From IMG/VR virus record IMGVR_UViG_2061766007_004329: DNA of 64,000 nt; one strand, given 5' to 3'. Source of the DNA: an uncultured virus (IMG/VR IMGVR_UViG_2061766007_004329). Lineage: Duplodnaviria > Heunggongvirae > Uroviricota > Caudoviricetes. This document shows, one piece after another, positions 43,211-50,582 of this stretch. The stretch's first letter is position 1. Each line of letters starts with the position of its first letter. The translations under genes were made by a program, and so were the position numbers. Below the pieces are notes generated by a model, which saw only the letters and a list, made by a program, of their open reading frames with translations, had not been told where the DNA came from and did not search any database.

Positions 43211-43270
43211 CCCGCCCGACGAGTGCCCGGTGGCTCCGGGCCGAAACGCCCAGCGCGTCGCGGGAAGCCG
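43211..43270 (+). ncRNA. Type I hammerhead ribozyme HHR1 (core variant CCGACGA); predicted cleavage after C43259
   Basis: Stem I CCCGC/GCGGG; stem II G(U)GCCCGG/CCGGGCC; GAAA; stem III ACGC/GCGU; GUC; loop UGGCU pairs with 3' AGCCG. Confidence 0.82.
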
Positions 43271-43301
43271 CACATTTCAGAAATCGAAGGAGGACACACC
43301 C

Positions 43302-43901
43302 ATGAAGAAGACCACCATTGAGCGCATGTACACCGAGAAAGTCGCTGAGCTCCTGAACCAAGGCTGGCGCATCCACACCAGCACCATGCCCGGCCATCAG
43401 GGCGAGATCGCACACGTCGACCTGACCGACGGCTCTGAAATCCGCAGGGCCCTCCTGTGCCGGGAGATGACCTGGGGCCACAGCGACGCCGAATTCTACG
43501 GCCACAAGATCATCATCATGGTCGGGAAGAACACCGACCGGATCTGGCCGGGCTGGGACAGCACACTCTGGAACAACCACATGGAAGTCTGCTCCCAAAT
43601 CGAGCTGGCCGAGATACAGGAGCCCGACCACCATCACCCCGAGGGCTGGTACACCGACATGGCCAGCGCCCAAGATATCCAGCGCATTCGCAATGAGCGC
43701 CGGAGAGCACAGCGCACCCCCACCGAGAAGGCACTCGGCACAGCTTACAAATCGATCGCCCTGCGCTGGCTCCGGAAACAGCCCCGCATGAAGAACACCA
43801 GGCTGGAGGACATCACGAAGGTGATCCGGTACACCAAGCGCGACGGGAGCACCGGCTTCCAAATCGAGGCCAAGGGCAAGATATACACCCTCCACGCCTG
43901 A
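43302..43901 (+). CDS. Hypothetical protein (199 aa) bracketed by two hammerheads
   Basis: AAGGAGG RBS, open frame, stop immediately before HHR2. Confidence 0.85.
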   Translation: MKKTTIERMYTEKVAELLNQGWRIHTSTMPGHQGEIAHVDLTDGSEIRRALLCREMTWGHSDAEFYGHKIIIMVGKNTDRIWPGWDSTLWNNHMEVCSQIELAEIQEPDHHHPEGWYTDMASAQDIQRIRNERRRAQRTPTEKALGTAYKSIALRWLRKQPRMKNTRLEDITKVIRYTKRDGSTGFQIEAKGKIYTLHA

Positions 43902-43902
43902 C

Positions 43903-43962
43903 CCCGCCTGACGATGGCCTCTGGCACAGGCCGAAACGCCCAACAGGGCGTCGCGGGAGCCA
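43903..43962 (+). ncRNA. Type I hammerhead ribozyme HHR2; predicted cleavage after C43952
   Basis: CCCGC-CUGACGA-U-GGCCU(CUGGCAC)AGGCC-GAAACGCCC(AACA)GGGCGUC-GCGGG-AGCCA; canonical core, three stems and pseudoknot. Confidence 0.92.
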
Positions 43963-43997
43963 TCCCGACAGCTTTCAAATCAAGGAGGATTTACACC

Positions 43998-44612
43998 ATG
44001 TGCATCATCTGCGTATCACCCACCGGAGTCCGTCAGCCCAACTACACCACCATCCGCACCATGTTCCGAAACAACCCCCATGGCGCCGGGTATATGTTCG
44101 CCCGGGACGGCAAGGTTCACATCAGCAAGGGATACATGGACATCGACAGCCTGCTCGACGCCCTGCGGTGCGAACACTTCACGAAGAAGGACGCGGTTGT
44201 GTACCATTTCCGCATCAGCACTCAGGCGGGCGTCAGCCCGCAGATGACCCATCCCTTCCCGCTTTCAAATCGACGCGAGCACATGAAGGTGCTGGACCTG
44301 GACTGCAAATGCGGCATCGCACACAACGGCATCATCCGGCTCACCACCGACCCGACCAACAAGGAATACAGCGATACGGCCATTTTCATCACCGACTACC
44401 TCTCCGAAATCATCCGCAAGCCCAGCGACCTGAAAAGCCCCGGAATCCTGAAGCTGATCCAGCGGCTGGCAGGCTCCAAATTGGCGATCATGGACGCGGC
44501 CGGATACATCGCCACGGTCGGGTATTTCATCAACGAGAACGGCCTGCTCTTCAGCAACAACAGCTTCATCATGCCGAAGATCCACTGGACTTTCCCCACC
44601 CAGCGCTCCTGA
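43998..44612 (+). CDS. Class II (Ntn) glutamine amidotransferase-like protein
   Basis: M-C N-terminal nucleophile, NPHGAG, HFRIST, HPF, AHNGII, SDT motifs. Confidence 0.88.
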   Translation: MCIICVSPTGVRQPNYTTIRTMFRNNPHGAGYMFARDGKVHISKGYMDIDSLLDALRCEHFTKKDAVVYHFRISTQAGVSPQMTHPFPLSNRREHMKVLDLDCKCGIAHNGIIRLTTDPTNKEYSDTAIFITDYLSEIIRKPSDLKSPGILKLIQRLAGSKLAIMDAAGYIATVGYFINENGLLFSNNSFIMPKIHWTFPTQRS

Positions 44613-44629
44613 ATCGAGCGCTGGAGTTC

Positions 44630-44704
44630 CCCGCATGACGACGGCTAGAGGAATATAACCGCCGAGGCTCAGNNNNNNNNNNNNNNNNNNNNNNNGGGAA
44701 GCCA
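44630..44704 (+). ncRNA. Degenerate or gapped hammerhead-like element HHR3
   Basis: CCCGC-AUGACGA-CGGC...GCCGAGGC, N-run, then GGGAAGCCA 3' tail. Confidence 0.45.
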
Positions 44705-44737
44705 CACGCTTTCAAATCGAAAAGGAGGAATAATCCC

Positions 44738-44932
44738 ATGATCACGCTCCCACGATACACCTACAATCTCCTGTTCCTGCGCACCGATGGTGAACAGGAA
44801 TTAGTCGAACACGTCACTGAGAAGGAGGCCCGCGAACACCTCGCGCTCTTTGGAGACGGGGACGCGGATATCTACCGGCGAATCGACCTGTATGAGCAAG
44901 ACTGGCTGACCCAAACAAGCCGCCGCTTGGAC
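44738..44932 (+). CDS. Small hypothetical protein (3' end in gap)
   Basis: AAGGAGG RBS; MITLPRYTYN... Confidence 0.65.
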
Positions 44933-44955
44933 NNNNNNNNNNNNNNNNNNNNNNN

Positions 44956-44999
44956 CGGCCCCAGGCCGAAACCGGGCGTCGCCCGGTCGCGGGAAGCCG
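44956..44999 (+). ncRNA. Type I hammerhead HHR4, 3' half (5' half in gap); predicted cleavage after C44988
   Basis: CGGC loop...AGGCC-GAAACCGGGC(GUC)GCCCGGUC-GCGGG-AAGCCG. Confidence 0.75.
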
Positions 45000-45031
45000 C
45001 AAACAGCTTTCAAATCGAAGGAGGATTCATC

Positions 45032-45250
45032 ATGAAGAACACAAATCAGCACACTCTCAGCCTTGAAACCTGCATGGACATTCTCAATTGGTTCAACGAC
45101 AGCAACTATGACTACATCAATCACATCATGACCGCCAAGCTCGACGGCGAGGAGCGGATCAACTGTGCCTTGCCCGCCATTTCAGAATACTGTCTGAATC
45201 TGGTCGACGCCCATCGCGCATCCGACAATGCCTATCCGCTGGAGGTCTGA
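45032..45250 (+). CDS. Small hypothetical protein (72 aa)
   Basis: AAGGAGG RBS after HHR4; MKNTNQHTLS... Confidence 0.7.
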   Translation: MKNTNQHTLSLETCMDILNWFNDSNYDYINHIMTAKLDGEERINCALPAISEYCLNLVDAHRASDNAYPLEV

Positions 45251-45277
45251 CACAGCTTTCAAATTGAGGAGGCCATT

Positions 45278-45460
45278 ATGAATCAGCCCATTGACACATC
45301 CACGCTCATCCAGGCAGTTCTTGAATACGCTGCCGAACACAGCCAGGAGGACGCTTACCAGTCCGTTACCCGGCTTCTTGCCGCCAAACAGATCTCCCTG
45401 GATCAGTGGTATGACAGCATCCACGCCCTGTACCCGGAGGCCCCCACAGAGACGAATTGA
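45278..45460 (+). CDS. Small hypothetical protein (60 aa)
   Basis: GAGGAGG RBS; last gene before the terminator. Confidence 0.65.
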   Translation: MNQPIDTSTLIQAVLEYAAEHSQEDAYQSVTRLLAAKQISLDQWYDSIHALYPEAPTETN

Positions 45461-45487
45461 CTTTTCGCCGCGCGTATGGCAATCCCA

Positions 45488-45510
45488 CCGCCCTTCAGGG
45501 CGGCTTTTTT
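45488..45510 (+). terminator. Intrinsic terminator of the amidoligase operon
   Basis: CCGCCC-TTCA-GGGCGG followed by C and T6. Confidence 0.8.
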
Positions 45511-45856
45511 GCTTTCAAATCGTCGCGGCCACGCTGCCGCCACGTTCGCGCCTGTCCCCAGGAATGGGAAAACCCTCGGCCGTCGGGAAGAAGTGGCGAC
45601 GTGGGCCAATTCCCGCCGCCACGTTGCGAAGCGGCCGGCTTTCAAATCGTCACGNNNNNNNNNNNNNNNNNNNNNNNNNNNNNNNNNNNNNNNNNNNNNN
45701 NNNNNNNNNNNNNNNNNNNNNNNNNNNNNNNNNNNNNNNNNNNNNNNNNNNNNNNNNNNNNNNNNNNNNNNNNNNNNNNNNNNNNNNNNNNNNNNNNNNN
45801 NNNNNNNNNGCTGAAGCGGCGACGTGGGCCAATTCCGGCGACGACGTTCGGTAACA

Positions 45857-45887
45857 AGAAAAGCGACCCGCCGAAGCAAGCCGCTCT
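45857..45887 (-). terminator. Putative intrinsic terminator of the minus-strand unit
   Basis: AGCGGCTTGC-TTCG-GCGGGTCGCT followed by TTTCTT. Confidence 0.6.
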
Positions 45888-45923
45888 CATATTTTCACTT
45901 TTCATGGCGGGCAACTGTCAGGA

Positions 45924-46443
45924 TTACTTCCCGACAACATCCCAGGCTATTTCCACACCGTGACCGGTGTCTCTGAACCGCAGGATCAGGTCGCCGTCCT
46001 GTACCTCATAGCTCACATGAAATGGCTGCCCCCACATCTCCTTCAGGCCCTTNNNNNNNNNNCCGGTATGCTTCGAAATCCGCTTTGCCTTTCTCTTCCT
46101 GCCAGCGCTCAAAGAGCTGGGAAAGGAAAGGCAGCTGTGTGTTCCTGATCTCCTCCCAGGCTTCCGCACCGGACACAGCTTTGAAATCGCCAGCCGGTCG
46201 TTCCGGCTGGAAACAGGCCCAGGAGGTCAGCGGCTTCGGGTTCCGCATGAAGGCAAGCATCGCTTCCTCGGTGCCGCACTGATCGCACACCATGATCCCG
46301 GCGCTTCCAGCCTCCCGGCTGAGAGCGTTGGTGTAGAGCTCCGGCTTCATCCGGTCGAGTCCGCAGCGCGGGCAAACCATGTGTTCACCCGATTCCTGCC
46401 GCGCTTTCAAATCCGCCAGTTTCTGTTTCAGCGTATCATTCAT
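45924..46443 (-). CDS. Hypothetical Zn-finger protein (gapped)
   Basis: CPRCG...NALSR...CDQCG; overlaps the upstream stop. Confidence 0.7.
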
Positions 46444-47366
46444 CTTCTGTCCGCCTCCTCGTTGACCTCTTTCCTGATGCGTCTGATCTCCTTGCATCTG
46501 TCCCTGTGTTTCTGGGCCCTGCTCTCGTCGGGAAAAGCGCAGTAGCCGTCCAGGTTCCCGATCATCAGCCTGCGCAGGGCTCTGGAATCCGGCCCGCCAC
46601 AGCCCAGCCGGATCAGCCAGCTGTACATGAAGTAGCGCTCGTTCTCCGGCTTTTGCAGCACCGGCCTGGTGCGCCTGGTGCTCATGGCGCAGTGTACTAT
46701 CCTGGTCAGCAGGTCTGCATACAATGTCCATTTCTCAGGAGTGTGTTCATCCTGGGGAAATGCCATCGTCACTTTGCCATCCTCATAGGAGAAACCCTGG
46801 AGTTCGTCAAGGCTCCAGGCGTCCTTCAGGATCCTCTCAAATTCCTCAAGGCTCTCCGGGGTATACTCCTGAAGCCGGGTGACCAGCTTCTCCGTGATCC
46901 TGAGCTGTGGCTCACCGAACGCCCGGTTCAGCAGGTGCTGTTTCGTATAGAGCATGAACACCAGGTTTTTCAGAGCCAAGATTGTCATATCCGGCACCGG
47001 CATCCCGATGACCATGAAGCTTCCATCGTCGTCTGTGACGTGCGGCACTTCGGAATCCCCCGCGGCTTCCTCTTCGGCGTTCTCTTCGACCTCCCCTATG
47101 GCGTTCTCTGCATTGACCTCGTGGGGTTCAGCCTGCGCTTCGAAATCCTCAGCCTTCGCATAGCCGTTCTCGATCAGGAAATCCCGCAGCGGCGTGATGT
47201 CCTCGCAGACAATGCTGCCGTCCCCTTCGATCGTGTAAGGGCCAACCTTGTAGGATCGGGAGGGCATCCCGTTGTAGACGGAGCGGACACCCAGGTGCAC
47301 AGCGAGCGCTTTCACCAGCTCCTTGCGGTCGAAGGTTTCGGCTTCTGTGTGTTTACTGAATCGCAT
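46440..47366 (-). CDS. Phage 'virulence-related protein' family, with amidoligase-like C-terminal domain
   Basis: RKELVKAL...YNGMPS N-terminus; NERYFMYSWLIRLG...NLDGYCAF C-terminus. Confidence 0.75.
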   Translation of the reverse strand: MRFSKHTEAETFDRKELVKALAVHLGVRSVYNGMPSRSYKVGPYTIEGDGSIVCEDITPLRDFLIENGYAKAEDFEAQAEPHEVNAENAIGEVEENAEEEAAGDSEVPHVTDDDGSFMVIGMPVPDMTILALKNLVFMLYTKQHLLNRAFGEPQLRITEKLVTRLQEYTPESLEEFERILKDAWSLDELQGFSYEDGKVTMAFPQDEHTPEKWTLYADLLTRIVHCAMSTRRTRPVLQKPENERYFMYSWLIRLGCGGPDSRALRRLMIGNLDGYCAFPDESRAQKHRDRCKEIRRIRKEVNEEADRR

Positions 47367-47396
47367 CTTGAAAACCTCCTTCTTCGTGGTAGTGAC

Positions 47397-47425
47397 ATTA
47401 ACGCTCTTTCGCCCCGTAAAGTCAA
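47397..47425 (-). promoter_or_regulatory. Putative promoter
   Basis: TTGACT-17 nt-GTTAAT, preceded by AGAGC. Confidence 0.55.
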
Positions 47426-47461
47426 GCGGATTCGTTCATCTGTGAATGATAAATGTATGCA

Positions 47462-47845
47462 TCAAAAATCCCCGAAGGCGTACACCCTCGGGGACCGGCT
47501 CCTGAATCATCTTCCGTTCTCTGACAGCTTATACTATACCACAGATGGATACTGTCATTCACTAGCAAAAGCTGTCAATTTTCTGAGAAACTTAAATTTT
47601 TTTCAGTTTTTTCCCTGAAGATCAGCTGGTACGACGTTATTCGCCAGCGTGAGGTCAAAAAATCCCAAAGGTGTACACCCCCGGGAACCGGCTCCTGAAT
47701 CATCCTCCGTTCTCTGACAGCTTATACTATACCACAGGTGGATACTGTCATTCACTATCAAAAGCTGTCAATTTTCTGAGAAATCAGAATTTTCCCAGTT
47801 TTTTCCATGAGGATCTTCCGGTATGACAAAGTTCGCCAGCGCGAG
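47462..47845. repeat. Tandem duplication of about 193 bp containing a putative late promoter
   Basis: 47462-47653 vs 47655-47845; each copy has TGACAG repeats, TGTGGTATAGT and a hairpin with T-tract on the minus strand. Confidence 0.85.
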
Positions 47846-48211
47846 CCCATGCGTTCTGTACACCGTCGACTCGCTGATATCCATTGCCTCCGCGATCTCT
47901 GGCCAGGTCTTATAGCACAGATACCGGAGCTCCAACACCAGGCGCTCTTCTGGATTCGCCATGGCGTTAATGGACACTCTGGCGGCCTTTTTCAAATCCN
48001 NNNNNNNNNNNNNNNNNNNNNNNNCCAGATCAATGATTTTGATGATGGTGTCTTCCAGTCGCTGCAGGTTCGGTGAACTGCTGCGCGGCATGTCTGATAC
48101 CAAGGATGTTGCCTTCGTGGATTCATTCCGGAGCTTCTGAACTTGTTCCAATTTGCTGTCGATTGCCTGGTCCACATAGCGCACCTGTTCCAGGAATTCT
48201 TTTGCGGTCAA
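47768..48211 (-). CDS. ArpU/RinA-like late transcription activator (DUF1492-like)
   Basis: MTAKEFLEQ, VLELRYL..KTWPEIAEAM HTH; last gene of the replication block. Confidence 0.85.
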   Translation of the reverse strand: MTAKEFLEQVRYVDQAIDSKLEQVQKLRNESTKATSLVSDMPRSSSPNLQRLEDTIIKIIDLXXXXXXXXXDLKKAARVSINAMANPEERLVLELRYLCYKTWPEIAEAMDISESTVYRTHGLALANFVIPEDPHGKNWENSDFSEN

Positions 48212-48444
48212 ACCGTTTCCCTCCTCCAGGGCATCGTGCCTCTGAAATACTTGTAGGCAATGTGCCGCTGCACTTTCTCCGGCAGCGCCGCCAGTCTGGC
48301 GTATTTTCGCTTCAGATCACGCTCAAATGCCCAGACAGGTTTATAAAACGGGCAGGCGGCGTACCCGGGGCAGTTCCCCTCACGGCACAGGCAGTTCTCT
48401 GTACTCGTCGCAGTCCTTTTTAATGCGAAACACTTCTCATTCAT
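48208..48444 (-). CDS. Small Cys-rich hypothetical protein
   Basis: CFAL...C...CPFYK; AAGGAG RBS. Confidence 0.7.
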   Translation of the reverse strand: MNEKCFALKRTATSTENCLCREGNCPGYAACPFYKPVWAFERDLKRKYARLAALPEKVQRHIAYKYFRGTMPWRRETV

Positions 48445-48745
48445 GTGATTTCTCCTTCTCCATATCAACCTGCGCAATAATGGCTCGCACATCATCCACG
48501 CTCTCTACCCGTCGGGCAATGCCGCCCGCAGCGTTGATCCGGTCCAGCGCTCGCTTCTGCAGTTCGGTCAGCTTGCCCGTGGGCAGTTTCGCTTCCAAAC
48601 CGAGGAAGCGCCCCCTGTAGCAGCAGATGATGTCAGGAATGCCGGAGGTGCCATAGGGCCCGCCGTGTTCTTTCCAGAAAAAGACATCACCCCCAAGTGT
48701 GACGAGATACCTCTTGATTGCCGCGACCACATCACGTTCCAGCAT
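48437..48745 (-). CDS. VRR-NUC nuclease
   Basis: GIPDII...GLEAK...LQ. Confidence 0.9.
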   Translation of the reverse strand: MLERDVVAAIKRYLVTLGGDVFFWKEHGGPYGTSGIPDIICCYRGRFLGLEAKLPTGKLTELQKRALDRINAAGGIARRVESVDDVRAIIAQVDMEKEKSHE

Positions 48746-50148
48746 CAGACCGCCTCCCTGATCCTGGCTTTCACAGCAGCCAACAGTGCGTTCTGATCGG
48801 CAGCTTTATCACGGAGCGCCCGCATCACCTGTTCATCCATCGTCCCCTTCACCACAAGGTGATGGATCACGACCGTCTCGTTCTGCCCCTGCCGCCACAG
48901 ACGGGCGTTGGCCTGTTCGTACAGCTCCAACGACCAGTTCAGACCGAACCACACGATGGTAGAGCCGCCGCGCTGGAGGTTGAGGCCGTGGCCGGTGGAC
49001 GCGGGCTGTGTCACGGCGATGGTAATCTTGCCTGCGTTCCAGTCCTCCATATCCTCAGCCGTTTTCAATTCCCGCACGCCTTCCGGATGATCCTGACTGT
49101 ACTTCCCGAAGCGCTCCTGGATTCTGGCGAGGTCATGCTGGAAGCTGTACATCACCAGCACCGGCTTGCCATTGGCCGCCTCGATCAGATCCTCCAGCGC
49201 GTCCAGTTTCCGGTCATGAATGAGGCGCACATTGTGGAACTCATCGTAGCAGGCCCCGTTGGCCAGCTGCAACAGCTTCCCGGCCAGCGTCGCCGCATTC
49301 AGCGCCAGGATGTCGCCGTCCGCGTAGGGCAGCAGCATATCCCGTTCCATCTGGCGATACAGCTTTTCTTCTCGGGGAGACAGCTTCAACTCCACGATGT
49401 TGTCGATCCTTTCCGGCATCCTGATGTGGTCACTGGCCTTCATTGACACACAGATGTCGCCGATGCGCTCATAAATCTGTTCCTCCGCCCCAGGTTTCAG
49501 CTCATGCTTATAGGGCAGCCAGCTGTTGGGGGTCGTGAAAAACATATCGATGTACGAGCTCATTGTCCGGCCCAGCCGCTGTCCCTTGTCCAACAGGAAA
49601 ATCTGCGGCCACAGGTCTTCGAGGCCGTTAGGAGCGGGCGTACCCGTCAGCCCCACCACGCGAGTGAACTGTGCCAGCACCCGTTTCAGAGCGATAAACC
49701 TCTTGGCTTTGGAATTCTTGAAAGAGGACAGCTCGTCAATCACCAGCATGTCGAAGGGAAGCCGGCGCCCGGTGTAGTGTTTGACCAGCCACTCCACATT
49801 CTCACGGTTGATGATGTACAGTTCTGCCTTCCGGGACAACGCCGCGACGCGTTCCTTCTCTGTTCCGATCACGCGCTCTATCCGTAGGCCCTTCAGGTGT
49901 TTCCACTTCTCCAGTTCCGCGATCCAGGTGTCCCGCGCCACGCGCAGAGGCGCAATGATCAATACCCGGCTCACTTCAAAACTGTCGTACAGCAGATGCG
50001 AGATCGCCGTCAGTGCAATCACTGTTTTGCCGAGGCCGCAGTCCAGAAACAGCGCACACTGCGGCTTGTTCTCCACAAAATTCACACAGAACTGTTGATA
50101 ACTGTGCAGGTCTTTCTCGGCCAACAGCGCCTTTTCAGTTTCAATCAA
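48745..50148 (-). CDS. SNF2-family helicase
   Basis: CGLGKT, IDELSSFK, LTGTP, GHGLNLQ, QANARLWRQGQ. Confidence 0.93.
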   Translation of the reverse strand: MIETEKALLAEKDLHSYQQFCVNFVENKPQCALFLDCGLGKTVIALTAISHLLYDSFEVSRVLIIAPLRVARDTWIAELEKWKHLKGLRIERVIGTEKERVAALSRKAELYIINRENVEWLVKHYTGRRLPFDMLVIDELSSFKNSKAKRFIALKRVLAQFTRVVGLTGTPAPNGLEDLWPQIFLLDKGQRLGRTMSSYIDMFFTTPNSWLPYKHELKPGAEEQIYERIGDICVSMKASDHIRMPERIDNIVELKLSPREEKLYRQMERDMLLPYADGDILALNAATLAGKLLQLANGACYDEFHNVRLIHDRKLDALEDLIEAANGKPVLVMYSFQHDLARIQERFGKYSQDHPEGVRELKTAEDMEDWNAGKITIAVTQPASTGHGLNLQRGGSTIVWFGLNWSLELYEQANARLWRQGQNETVVIHHLVVKGTMDEQVMRALRDKAADQNALLAAVKARIREAV

Positions 50149-50337
50149 ACAACCATCTCCTTCGCGGCACACAAAACCCGGATAACTTATGAACCAGCAT
50201 CCTTCGGCGGTAGCTTACCGAACTTTGCATCCTCATGGGTTATCCGGGTTGTTCTCGTTGTTTTTGTTCTTTCTCGTGGTCATAGTATCCGGCCTGAGCG
50301 CCATGCGTTGACGCACACAGTTCTGGAATCAGGCTGT

Positions 50338-50582
50338 CATGCTGTTTCCTTCGCGCGCGTATAGCGCACACGCGCCTTTTTGCATGTTTCCTTATCCTTT
50401 TTCTTCTCTTTTGAAACAACTCCTGAAAGAAAAGAAGGAAACAAGGAAACAGCGATATTTCGTTTCTTAATTGAATCCAGTTTTGGCGCTATGTTTCCAT
50501 CCCCGTTTCCTTCTGTTTCCATCTCCCGAAGGAAACACGCGCTTTGTTTCCTTCTCCGGAAGGAAACACAAGGAAACAGATC
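50338..50582. other. Putative phage replication origin (GGAAACA iterons)
   Basis: Many GGAAAC(A)/TGTTTCC copies in both orientations, a pyrimidine-rich tract and CGCGCGCGTATAGCGC just downstream of the primase. Confidence 0.6.

Noticed and set aside
43211..45270. Intergenic repeats as a CRISPR array or attC cassette array
   Set aside because: Spacers are whole genes, the repeats fold as hammerheads, and there are no cas genes or integron integrase; DUF2800 is a common phage Cas4-like nuclease.
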